This document shows, in pieces, positions 14,226 through 25,864 of a stretch of DNA of 64,000 nucleotides (the stretch's first letter is position 1; each line of letters starts with the position of its first letter). This stretch comes from Octopus sinensis. Its lineage: Eukaryota. The notes below the pieces were generated by a model. The model saw nothing but the letters and a program-made list of their open reading frames with translations. It ran no database searches and was not told the origin of the DNA. The position numbers and the translations under genes were made by a program. The DNA is taken from NCBI RefSeq assembly GCF_006345805.1, contig NC_043021.1, forward strand, positions 1,922,001-1,986,000, written 5' to 3'.

Positions 14226-14614
14226 CTGACTACAACAGTAAATCCAACATGATTATCTCCCCTTTGTTTTCTCTTCCCCCCTCTCTCTCTCTCCCTACCC
14301 TTCACCCTCCTTCTCTCTCTCTCTCTGGAGACTATTGCATTAGACCCGTTTTTTTTCTGAGTGATTCTGCTTATCTCTCCTTAACATATAACTACTCGAC
14401 TGTCTTAACATCCACTAATTTTTCTGCTCTCTCACTCTCTCCCTTTATCTATCTAAATATCTATCTATCTATCTATCTATCTGTCTGTCTGTCTATCTAT
14501 CAGTCTATCTATCTTTTTTTTTCTCTCCCCAAAAAAGAAAAGCTCTACTTTGTAATCTGTTCCGTCTGTGTGCAGTCCTGTGTGGCTAATAAAGAAACAT
14601 ATTTATATATCTAC

Positions 14615-14670
<56 letters not shown>

Positions 14671-14698
14671 TTATCTGTCTATATCTATCTATATACAA

Positions 14699-14742
<44 letters not shown>

Positions 14743-14816
14743 ATATATGTATGTATGTATGTATGAAATTTATATACAGACACATACATATGCATGTATA
14801 TGTGTGTGTGTGTGTG

Positions 14817-14871
<55 letters not shown>

Positions 14872-15289
14872 GTGTGCACGCATATATGTACATGACTATA
14901 TAAGTGTGTATCAGGTTCCTTCCCACTGCATGGCACCTTAAACAGATGTTTCCTCCTGTAGCCCCGAGTCAACCAAAGCCTTATGAGTAGGTTTGACAGA
15001 TGCAAACTACGGCTGGATACCTTTTCTGGTGCCAACCATTTTGCAGAGTGCACTGGGTGCATTTTATCATAACATGAACACTGGAGAGGCTATTGTCTTC
15101 TATGAAAGTAAGGCATCTTCAAGGTATGTATGTGTGTGTTTGTATGTGGCTGTATGGTAAGACATTTACTTCCCAACTACATGGTTCTGGGTTCAATCCC
15201 ACTAAATGCAACCTTAGGCAAAGTGTCTTCTACAACAGCCTCAGGCTAACCAAAGCCTTGTGAATGGATTGTGTATATGTTCTAATTTT

Positions 15290-15830
15290 TAATTATTATA
15301 AATCTTCCACTGAGGAGGGAGCCGGTTTCCAACAAAGATACAAGGCTCCAACTTTGGGATGTAGTTAACACAGACAAATTCACATTTGGAACTTGAGAAA
15401 AGTCTTGCATATCTTTACTGTTCCACTCACAGATTGCACTTGTAACGTACGAATTATCCGGTCAATTTCTCTTTCTGGAAATCCCAGTTTATCCAGATTC
15501 TCCTTTAAGCATTTACTAACAAAACCTAGTGCTCCAGTTATTATTGGTATGAATATGAATTCATAGTCTGGATATAGAAGCTGGAGGCTTCGAAGCAGTT
15601 GTCCACAGATATCCTCTTTTTCTTTGATTTTCAGAGAAACATTTCTATCTGCAGGGCAGCTGACCTCTATGATGGTACATACCTTTGCCTCTCTGTCCCA
15701 AACAACAATATCCAGCCTGTTATTCATCAGTGCCTCCATGAGGCCCAAAAGTTGACCATTTCCAGTCTTCCGTGAGAACACATAGAACCATGGGTGGCCA
15801 TGAGGAAATATCTCCTTGCTTAGAAAACAG
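15290..15830 (-). mobile_element. 3' fragment of a restriction-endonuclease-type non-LTR retrotransposon (R4/Dong- or related clade)
   Basis: NNRLDIVVWDREAKVCTIIEVSCPADRNV...EK...PIITGALG resembles the PD-(D/E)xK RLE C-terminus; stop at 15380, short 3' UTR and TAA-like tail; 5' truncated. Confidence 0.8.
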
Positions 15831-16209
15831 GGGCAGTTTGACAACATGAAGGACAAAAGACAAAAGTCTGCGTTTGTCCAGCATTACTGTAATAAAAAAG
15901 CTGACCGTGAGTTAGACAACAACAACAACAATAGCTACTGTATATTTGGCCCAGAATGGTCAAGCCAGGTCACAGTAACTGCTGACCTTAAATCCACAGT
16001 TAGATGGCCAAGTGGATGTGTGGACGCTCAAGCAGAGACAATCAGGTGTTGGTTAAGATATGGAACCTCTAATTTCCAACGCTTCAGGCCTGATACCATC
16101 GTGTCTGGGCAGGGTGGTCGTTAACGAAGTCACAAATGAAGAGATAATAAGCAGTTTTGTGCAGTGAGTAAGGGCGACATGTCACAGTTTTTAATTTTGC
16201 ATGAAGATG

Positions 16210-16357
16210 GGGAGGGGGATAGATAAGAGGAAGACAGAAAGAAAGAAAGAAGGGGAGAAGAAAGAAAGAAAGGGGAGAAAGATGGGAGAAAGAAAGAAAG
16301 AAAGAAAGAAGGAGAGAAGGAAGGAAGAAAGAAACAAAGATGGGGAGAAAGAAAGAG

Positions 16358-16388
<31 letters not shown>

Positions 16389-16441
16389 AGGGGAGAAAGA
16401 GAGAAAGAAAGAAAGAAGGAAGGAGAGAAAGAAAGAAAGAA

Positions 16442-16479
<38 letters not shown>

Positions 16480-16535
16480 AAGAAAGAAAGAAAGAAAGAG
16501 AGAGAAAAAGAAAGAAAGAGAGAGAAAGAAAGGGA

Positions 16536-16569
<34 letters not shown>

Positions 16570-16785
16570 AGGAAAGAAAGAAAGAAAGAAAGAGGGAAGG
16601 AGAGAGAGAGAGAGAAGAAAGAATAGGCTGCAATAATAATAACTAGCTTATTTTGGGTGGTTACACAAAAACTGCCACCACCACCACCACCACCACCACC
16701 ACTACCACCATCAACACCACCACTACCACCATCACCACTACCACCATCACCACCACCATCACCACTACCATCACCACCACCTTCT
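16210..16785. repeat. (GAAA)n/(GA)n purine tract followed by (ACC)n tract
   Basis: Direct reading; explains the spurious K/E/R-rich and S/F/L-rich ORFs in the track. Confidence 0.95.
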
Positions 16786-16955
16786 TATTAATCCTTTCCA
16801 CTGGAAGCTCATGGCTGCAAATTTGGGGGAAGGGATTAAGTTGATTACATCAACCCCAGTGTGAAACTGATACTAAGAAGGACGACACCTTCTTAATAGT
16901 AAGAAGAAGGTGCATTATTAATTAACACCTTATTCTCATCATGCTCATTAAAAGC

Positions 16956-17270
16956 TTATTACCTCCGTCTTGTTTTCAGTTGTTTGTTTGTTTGTCTGTG
17001 GACAAGATATCTCAAGAACTGCTGGATGGATTCGGATGAAACTTTTAGGGATGCTTGGCCTCGTGACTGGTACGAACTGATTAAATTTTGAGATCGATCC
17101 AGTACCAGACAACGATTCTGGATTATTTTTCCTGTTTTTCTTTTTGCTTAATTTTTGAGGGCGGTCGGGTTCATTTTTAATATTCTTGTTTGTGAGAGAA
17201 GTCGAGTTTATTTCAGATATTCTCATTTTAATAATTATCTCCGATAAAGTCGTGGCCTTCAGATGATGTC
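16956..17270 (+). mobile_element. Helentron-associated non-autonomous element (HINE/DINE-1-like)
   Basis: Begins TTATTACCTCCG, then (GTTT)n-GTCTGT microsatellite, GGATGGATT...ATGAAACTT block and internal ATCCAG...CTGGAT inverted repeat, the usual HINE layout. Confidence 0.55.
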
Positions 17271-18803
17271 CTGCTGTTTTTTTATCCTCGGGGGTCTACT
17301 TAAATTCAGCGGATCAAAAGACGCCCCAGATACAAGTACTCCTATCTTTTTATACCTAGTATATCTCGAACTACGCTGTGTGTACGTACTTATTTGACAT
17401 GGTCGAGTGTTATTCGTGTGAGGTTTGGCTGCTATTTCCAGCAAGTCATGCCAAACCGTTTGGGTTCGCATTGGAGATGGAAAGAGTAATGTCCCTTACA
17501 CCAGTAAATGAATTTACTTTGTAACATTTTTTTTTTTTTTTTAAAGACATTTTAATAAAACTTTTACAAAGAAGGTATAACCTATTTTGTTACGAAAAAG
17601 AGAAAAACAGAAAATGAATGTTTCGCTTAGGAATGTCTGATTTGGAAAGAAATAAAACTCATATTTAACGATTAAGCAAAGGCATGGCTGCGTGGTAAAA
17701 CGTTTTGCTTCCCACCCGTGAGGTCTTGGGTTCGGTCCCACTGTATGGCAACTGGACAAGCGTCTTCGAATATAGTCCCGGGCTCATCAAAGCCTTGTGT
17801 GTATATTTAGTAGACGGAAACTAAAAGAAGCCCATTGTGTGTGTGTGTGTGCAACCAACGCTTGATAACCGAGTTGGTTTGTTTACGCCCTCGTACAATA
17901 GCGGTTCGGGTAAAAGACACACTGATAGAATAAGCATTAGGGTAGATTCATTCGACTAAAACCCTTCAATGTGGCGCTCCAGCATGACCACAGTTCAATC
18001 ACTGAAACAAGTAAGCGATAGTGTTAGACAGGCAGATTGCATAACATGTCTGTAATATGCGTGGGATAATCGTCTGTGATAATCCAAAGATTATAAAGTC
18101 AGATCTAACAGGGAACCGTGAAACCTTTCCATCTGCTGGAAGTAGCCACCAAAATCTTCTTTGGGTTTATATACCATATTGTCTCTTAAAAATGATACTT
18201 TGGATGGTGTACTCCGTGGTACACTATGATTATTGCTGTGAGGCCTTTGATCATAGGGCTGATCAGGGCTGACTGGGGCTGATAGGACTGACTGGGGTTG
18301 ATCAGGGCTGACTGGGGCTGATCAGGGCCCTTTTGAGGTTAAACAAAATCGATGTTTCAACTAAAATATAAATACAGATTTTGTAAAAGATCGTCAAAGA
18401 AAGAATTTTAATCATTACAGATAGCTGCATTTATTAAATATAGCAATTTTATCGATATTAGTCGTTAATCTATTTAAATTATTAATAATAAATTATATGT
18501 AAGGATCAAAAATTATTATAAAATGACATTTAAAATATCAAAATGATTCATTTCGAAACTAAGGCTCAGAAACTGGTTATAACTGTCAATTTACATCGAG
18601 TTCGATAAGAAAGTTCGACATTATTTTAATATCTGCACATTTTGAAAATAATTACTCCGTTTTATTTTAAAATATTACAATGGATATTTACGGGTCATTT
18701 TTGAAGCTTTTCTTTTTCTCTTTACGCGAACAGATATGAAACGCAATGGCTGTTTGTTCGAAACTAGAGTTGGGAGGCTGGCTTTAGTTGTTTATTCACC
18801 ATT

Positions 18804-18877
18804 ATGGCCAACACTGTCGTGTTCCGACGTCTGCTAAAATCTCTTTCGCTGAATTCTTCCTTCAACAATGTTGTTCG
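18804..18877 (+). CDS. NFU1: NFU1 exon 1 (mitochondrial targeting peptide)
   Basis: ATG GCC AAC... encodes MANTVVFRRLLKSLSLNSSFNNVV(R), Arg/Leu/Ser-rich with no acidic residues. Phase-2 donor CG|GTGAAT fits exon 2. Confidence 0.8.
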
Positions 18878-19751
18878 GTGAATAGAAACTTATAATTTAC
18901 CTTTGATATACCCTATAAATCTTCAGTAATTGTTTTAGCATCCGTCCCATGTCTTCCTGTCATCTGTAACATTAGAACTCAACGGAGGTCATATCGGAGA
19001 GAAAAGTATTTTGTGAATACAAACACACACACATTTATTCAGCTTCTGTTTATAGTCACATCCCGTTTATAATCAGCAGCTTCCCGTATTCTACTTACAG
19101 CAATTCTAGCTATTGACATATCCGCTTATAATCAGTTTTCGTGATGTGAAAATACATTTATAGGATCTTTTTCCCCATTTATAATATAGCTAATTACAAA
19201 ACTTATTACGTAAGCCTTGACAGCTAGTCTGCTTCGTAATTACATACGTACACACACACACACACATACATACATACATAGCATAGAATATCATAGCTAT
19301 ACAAATGTGCATCCTGCGACTTTCAGAAGAATGTGTAGAAAATTTCATTGAAAAATCTCTCCCTCTCACACAAACACACATAATTTTTTCTTCGACTACA
19401 AAATCTCTTTTGGCCTCAACTTGCACTAAAGGTTTTTCGTACAGAACCCTTGAAGTAACAAGATCTCTCTATCTCTCTAAGGTGTTTTGTCTGTAAAACT
19501 AACCTTATGGAAACATATTCAAATATATTCTCAGTAAAACTTATTATAGAATAATAATGTTGATGTGAAAATGTATTTTTGTATTTATATTTTCATATAT
19601 ATAAAAGATATGGAAAAAAACTATTTAACATAAAACTTATTCTATTTAAACAATATATATATAAAGGCTTATTACATTTCAAACCTTTCTAATAATTATT
19701 TATATATATGGTTGGGAAGCAAACTTCTTACCACAGTCGATATATATATAT

Positions 19752-19790
<39 letters not shown>

Positions 19791-19791
<1 letters not shown>

Positions 19792-19950
19792 CAACTGTTT
19801 CCCAACCACGTTTCCAGATTCAGTCTCACTGTATGGGACGATGTGGGCAAGTGGCTTCTACTATGACCTCGGTCTGACCAAACTGTGTGAGTGGATTCGG
19901 TTGATGGAAACTGAAGAAGCCCGTCGTGTGTATGTTTGTGTGTATATATA

Positions 19951-20003
<53 letters not shown>

Positions 20004-20157
20004 CAACTGTTTCCCAACCACGTTTCCAGATTCAGTCTCACTGTATGGGACGATGTGGGCAAGTGGCTTCTACTATGACCTCGGTCTGACCAAACTGTGT
20101 GAGTGGATTCGGTTGATGGAAACTGAAGAAGCCCGTCGTGTGTATGTTTGTGTGTAT
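19791..20157 (+). repeat. Exact tandem duplication of a SINE fragment, period 212 bp
   Basis: 19791-19945 is identical to 20003-20157; each copy is followed by (TA)n. Confidence 0.9.
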
Positions 20158-20159
20158 AT

Positions 20160-20208
<49 letters not shown>

Positions 20209-21237
20209 GTGTGTGTCTGTGTTTGTTTATTCTCCACCATTGCTTGACAACCGATGTTGGTGTGTTAACATCTCCATAACTTAGTGGTTTGGCAAAAGAT
20301 ACTGATAGAATAAGTACCAGGCTTAAAAAAAGTCCTGGGGTCAATTCATTCGACTAAAAATTCTCCAAGGCAGGGTTGCAGTCGAAGATTGAAATAAGGA
20401 AACGATTAAAAGGAGTGGTAAGAAGCCTGCTTCCCAACCACATGGTTCCAGGTTCAATCCCACTGTGTGGCACCTTGGGCAAGTGTCTTCTACTATAACC
20501 TCAAGCCAACCAAAGCTTTGTGAGTGGATTTGGTTGACGGAAACAGAAAGAAGCCCGTCATACACATATATATGTATGTGTGTCTCTGTATTTGTCCCCG
20601 CCCCATCACTTGATAACCAATGTTGGTGTGTTTACATCCCTGTAATTTAGTGTTTTGGCAAAAGAGACCAATAGAGTAAGTCTTTGGGTCGATTTGTTTG
20701 ACTAAAGGCAGTACTCCAGCATGGCCACAGTCAAATGAATGAAACAAGTAAAAGAGCATATATATATGTATGTGTGTGTATATGTATATATTCTTTTACT
20801 CTTTTAGTCATCTGATTGTGGCCATGCTGGAGCACCAACTGGAAGAATTTTCAGTCAAATGAATCAACCTCAGCCTAGTACTTATTCTATTGGTCTCTCT
20901 TGTTGAACTGCTAAGTTCCAGGGACATAAGCACAGCAACACCGGTTGTCAAGTAGTGATGGGGTAGGGGACAAAGACTCACACATGCAGATACAAAACGA
21001 GAAGTGACACTGCGAAACTGTTATTTTAACGAGCTGAATCTTTTCATCCAAACTGTAAACTCAACACACTGGAACAGGAAAATGTAATGGTATATCTTTG
21101 GCCAACTCTGATGAGATTCAGTATGTTTTTAATTATGTCAATTAATTTCTAAAGTCTTGAATCGAAACAGCTGACAGAGATGATGTCCAGTTTTATAATT
21201 AATTTAATTATCTCTCTATTTTTAATTTTTTTTTTTG

Positions 21238-21281
<44 letters not shown>

Positions 21282-21288
21282 TATTTTT

Positions 21289-21434
21289 TTTATTTTATAG
21301 AAGGAGCTTCTACAGGACTAGAACTGTTTCATTCAAAAGAAATCATCAGGAAGCTAGGTGACAAGCTAGCTTCCTGATGATTTCTTTTGAATGAAACAGT
21401 TCTAGTCCTGTAGAAGCTCCTTCTATAAAATAAA
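21289..21434. repeat. Perfect 69-bp-arm inverted repeat (8-nt spacer) carrying a type I hammerhead motif on each strand
   Basis: Arms 21289-21357 and 21366-21434 are exact reverse complements by manual comparison. Confidence 0.95.
21368..21418 (+). ncRNA. Type I hammerhead ribozyme motif (mirror copy on - strand at 21305-21355)
   Basis: AGCTTC-CTGATGA-TTTCTTTTGAAT-GAA-ACAG-TTCTAGTC-CTGT-A-GAAGCT: 6-bp stem I, intact CUGAUGA/GAAA core, 3-bp stem II with U.U at the core-proximal pair, 4-bp stem III, GUA cleavage triplet (cut after 21412). Confidence 0.7.
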
Positions 21435-22098
21435 TTAATTTACTCTGCTATGTATTGAGTACCTTATTTACTGTGGTTAACCCCGACTCAACCCGGGACC
21501 TACATATATATATATATAGATCAATAGAGCGATAGATAGATAGATATACGATGGGTTTCTTTCAGTTTCCATCTACCAAATCCACTTACAAGGCCTGAGG
21601 TTATAGTAAAATACTCTTGGCCAGGGTGTCTCACAGTGGGACTGAACCCAGAACCACATGGTTGAGATGTAAGCTTCTTACCACACAGCCACAATCATGA
21701 AGATGGGAAGGAACAGAGCAGATGTATAATTTATGTTAGTTGGGGAATTCATAAAACTCCCTACAACTGTGTGTAGTAGGGTCAAGTTCACAACTGTTGT
21801 TGTTGTTATTTAACCCAGGTCAGTCCTGATTAATTAGACTTACAATCAAAGGATATTCCAACCACGACCATCCTGATTTTTTCTACTCTTACTTTCTTTC
21901 CTTTTGTCTTTTTCTAGTCATAGTGTCTCCCAGACAACATTATCCAATGAGTTCTTCCTTTTGTTTCGTATTCTTTTTTAAGAATATAGGGTGTGATTTG
22001 ATGGGCAGGATTTAGCTGCTATTTCTTGCTGAATGAATGATTGCATAGAAGCCCTTTTTTGTTGACTTTGGTGAATTTGGTTTTCTTCTCTGTTGCAG

Positions 22099-22220
22099 AA
22101 GCCGTTCATTGTCATCTTTAGTGGCAGCGACCTCAGTGACTAAACCAAGGACATTGTCCAGCAGCCTCTCTAGAATCCAACATAGACAATGGCCAGTCAT
22201 CTCGCCATACCAGCAGAATG
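22099..22220 (+). CDS. NFU1: NFU1 exon 2
   Basis: Pyrimidine tract and TTGCAG acceptor; open frame SRSLSSLVAATSVTKPRTLSSSLSRIQHRQWPVISPYQQN; donor G|GTAGGG. Phases match both neighbouring exons. Confidence 0.85.
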
Positions 22221-22328
22221 GTAGGGAAAGGTTCTAATTTCTACTGTGCTATTTCCAAAGAAAATTTCCTTTTTTTTTAATTTATATTTATTTGTTTTCC
22301 TCTTCTCCATCTTTGTCTCTCTTTACAG

Positions 22329-22464
22329 TCCGAACCATGTTTATTCAAACACAAGATACGCCAAACCCGAACAGCCTCAAATTCATCCCAGGTACTCAGG
22401 TTCTTGAGGCAGGTACCAAAGACTTTCCAAATATGGCCTCCGCTCATTGTTCTCCCTTAGCCAG
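22329..22464 (+). CDS. NFU1: NFU1 exon 3 (Nfu N-terminal domain)
   Basis: [46 protein letters not shown], the NFU1 signature; AG acceptor and AG|GTAAGT donor. Confidence 0.97.
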
Positions 22465-22877
22465 GTAAGTTTATAACACGACATGTATGTGTGTATGCCT
22501 CTGTTAGTGTGTATGTGTGTGCCTGCATGTGTAAAAGAGTAAAGAGAGTATAATATAAAGTCTTTAAAATTTCCAGTTGTTGACAGCCGTATTGTTGTGG
22601 AAGGATTCCATCCACCACCAAGTGACTAAAAGTGGACTGACACCTTGCTATAAAATAAAGTACTGTTGGCTGAGAGCGTTTAACCTCACGTAACAGTAAT
22701 AATAGTGTTTCATGTAAATACTTTCTTTTCCCCCTGCTTCATTAAATTATTTATCCAGCACCAGGATATAAAACGTATGTAGTGCTATTTCATCCTTCTT
22801 AATATTTGTCTTCATCTTATAGAAATATTAAAATTTCTAAGTCTCTCTAAAGGAGATTATGGCAGTGGTACTGGATA

Positions 22878-23250
22878 TTAATAGTTATCGCCAAGCTAAT
22901 ATGGTAGTCCATAAATATAAGACTAAAGCTGCCGCTGATTAGCTCCAAGAGGCCATCGCCTCTAGCTAGCTATATGACACACGAACCTGTGTCCATTATA
23001 ACCTTCAAACAGGGGAGGTCAGCCGCTTCCCCTTGCTGGTCAGACATTTGCAGACATGTTTCAGGGTATTTGCCCTTTATCAATGCAGAGTAGCCAGACC
23101 CAACAGGCATCGCTACTAACCGTCTGTTCGAAGGATTTATTTACCTAATTTCATGTGTCATATAGCTAGCTAGAGGCGATGGCCTCTTGGAGCTAATCAG
23201 CGGCAGCTTTAGTCTTATATTTATGGACTTAGCTTGGCGATAACTATTAA
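22878..23250. mobile_element. Inverted-repeat element (about 100-bp arms) enclosing a degenerate hammerhead; Penelope-like relic
   Basis: Arms 22878-22985 and 23150-23250 (one 7-nt indel, one substitution). The spacer minus strand at 23049-23087 reads TGCA-TTGATAA-AGGGCAAATACCCT-GAAAC-AT-GTC-TGCA. Confidence 0.65.
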
Positions 23251-23420
23251 TGTCTTCATCTTGTTTGTTGTTAACACAACATTTCAGCTGATATACCCTC
23301 CAGCCTTCATCAGGTGTCTTGGGGAAATTTCGAACCTGGGTTCTCATTCCTAAGGTATGAGGACAAATATCCATCAAATGTAAATAATGTACATAATTCC
23401 TCATCTCTTAAATATAGAAC
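23251..23420 (-). mobile_element. Penelope-like terminal-repeat fragment with minimal hammerhead (23273-23318)
   Basis: GACAC-CTGATGA-AGGCTGGAGGGTATATCAGCT-GAAAT-GTT-GTGTT on the minus strand. Confidence 0.65.
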
Positions 23421-23705
23421 TGAAAGAAAAAATAGTTTGTAATTTCAAAAAAAGATATGTTTGACCTTCTTTTTGTCCCTTAAACTTCACAGTTGCTGGT
23501 ACTTCAAAGCATTTAAAGACAGTTCATTATTTATGTTGGACGGATAGGTGTCCTCATCTTTGTTGTTACCACATCATTTCAGCTGATGTACTCTCCTGCC
23601 TTCATCAGGTGTCCACCAGGACACCTGAAGAAAGTTGAAGAATACATCAGCCAAAACGTTGTACGGAACATATTTTTGTATGTTTTTGCCTTTCTTCTTC
23701 CGCAG

Positions 23706-23772
23706 ACAACTGTTTCGGGTGGAAGGTGTGCGGTCGGTGTTTTTTGGTTCTGATTTCATCACCATCAACAAG
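23706..23772 (+). CDS. NFU1: NFU1 exon 4
   Basis: QLFRVEGVRSVFFGSDFITINK; CGCAG acceptor and AAG|GTAAGT donor. Confidence 0.97.
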
Positions 23773-24675
23773 GTAAGTTGTTGTTGTTGTTGTTGTTGTT
23801 TGAGAATTTAACTTTAACATCATCATCGTTGTTGTTGTTGTTGTGTTTATTATTTTCATCTTCAGTTGTTGCTGTTATCATTGTTGTCATCATCATTGTC
23901 ATCAAATTTAGACTTTGTTATCATCATTTCTCCTCTTCACCCCTCCTCCTCTTCTCCACCCTATCCTTCTCCTCCTCTTCCTCCCCAGGGGGAGTTCATA
24001 AAGGATCTCTACAACTTCTACAATTTGTTGCACTGTGTCATTGAGACGTGTTGCATGCATTCAACAGGGCCCAGAGTCGAAGTGTTCTCATGTTCCTAAT
24101 TAACCTTTATTTGTTTGTCAGTGGTTAGCGTTAGGAAGGGCATCCGGCCATAGAGACCATGCCAGAACAGACAATGGAGGTTTGGTGCTGCCCCACCAGC
24201 GTTACCAGCTCCGGTCAAACCGTCCAACCCATGCCAGCATGGAAAAGGGATATATATGTGTTTGTGTGTATATTCTTTTGCTTGTTTCAGTCATTGAACT
24301 GCAGCCATGCTGGAGCACCGCCTTTAGTCAAACAAATCGAGCCCAGGACTTATTCTTTGTAAGCCTAGTACTTATTCTATCGGTCTGTCTTGCCGAACTG
24401 CTAAGTGACGGGGACGTAAACACACCAGCATCGGTTGTCAAGTGATGTTGGGAGGGACAAACACAGACACAAACATATACATGCATAAATATATATACAC
24501 ATATATACGACGGGCTTCTTTCAGTTTCCATCTGCCAAATCCACTCACAAGACTTTGGTCGGCCCAAGGCCATAGTAGAAGACACTTGCCCAAGGTGCCA
24601 CGCAGTGGGACTGAACCCAGAACCATGTGGTTGATAAGCAAGCTACTTACCACACACCCACTCCTGTGCCTATTG

Positions 24676-24718
<43 letters not shown>

Positions 24719-25420
24719 CATAGGTGCAATTGTGTGGTTAAGATGCTTGTTTTCTAGTCATGTGGGTCTTGGGTTCAACCCCACTCCGCGGCACCTTGGG
24801 CAAGTGTCTTCTACTACAGCCTTGAGCCTACAAAGTTTTGTGACCGAGTTCCATTGATGGAAATTGAAAGAAGTCCCTTGTGTATATACATGTGTGTGTG
24901 CGTGCGTGCATGTGTGTGTGTGTGTGTGTGTTGTGTGTGTGTGTGTGCTCTTGTCTTGACAACATGGTTGTAAATAAGCACTGCTGTCATACAAGCAATG
25001 TTGTTCACTTCTGTGTAAAACATATCTGGCCACCATTTGTGTGAGATTTGGCTACTATTTCTTGAAGATCAATCATATAGAAGCTTTCTCCATTGGTTCA
25101 GAGATTAAACAAAGTTCTGCTGGTGCTAAACCAGATAGCAGTGTGTTAGGCCCCTCACAGGGACCAGGGGTTCTGGCTTGAATGGTACTGGGCTTACAAA
25201 GAATAAGTCCTAGGGCAACTAAAGGTGGTGCTCCAGCATGGCCACAGTCAAATGACTGAAACAAGTAAAAGAATATGAGAAGTCGTTTCCAGATAAAAAG
25301 CACACCATTTGGCATTCTAACAATACGTCTACATTTAGTTGGATGTAAAGATTGCTCTTTGCTATTATTACTGCTTCTGTCATTAACAATTATCCTTCTT
25401 TTTATGTTTTGTTTTCCTAG

Positions 25421-25532
25421 ATTGAAGATACAGATTGGGCTGTTATTAAACCTAATATTTATGCCACCATAATGGATTTCTTTGCTAGTGGTCTCCCAAT
25501 TCTGACAGAAGAACAGCCTTCTGCAGAAACAG
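25421..25532 (+). CDS. NFU1: NFU1 exon 5
   Basis: [37 protein letters not shown]; canonical AG/GT. Confidence 0.97.
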
Positions 25533-25864
25533 GTACAGAAAAACATAACTTCTTAACACATTTTATCTTTTTTTCTTTCTGTTCTTTCACAACAGAAATG
25601 AATGATACAATAAAAGATTAGAGTTTTGTCCCTTATAATAGAGAGTTCCTCACTTCCTTCAAAATGAATGTAAACAAGGTTAGTATGAATCTTGTGATAT
25701 CATGCATTTCAGGATTTGTTAACCAATGTAGCCCTATGTTGTACTGAACTCTATAGGGCCTTAATTGTTCATGGTGATCAAGAAAGGTAGGGGGAATAAC
25801 TTCAAAATTACATGAAGGAATGCAGTGTATAAACAAACAGCTTCTCTGCTTTTCTTAATTTCAG

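Noticed and set aside
18250-18330. Short GC-rich repeats (GATCAGGGCTGACTGGGGCT) resembling a CRISPR-like array
   Set aside because: No unique spacers; it is a small minisatellite expanded from the end of a common local repeat, in a eukaryotic genome.
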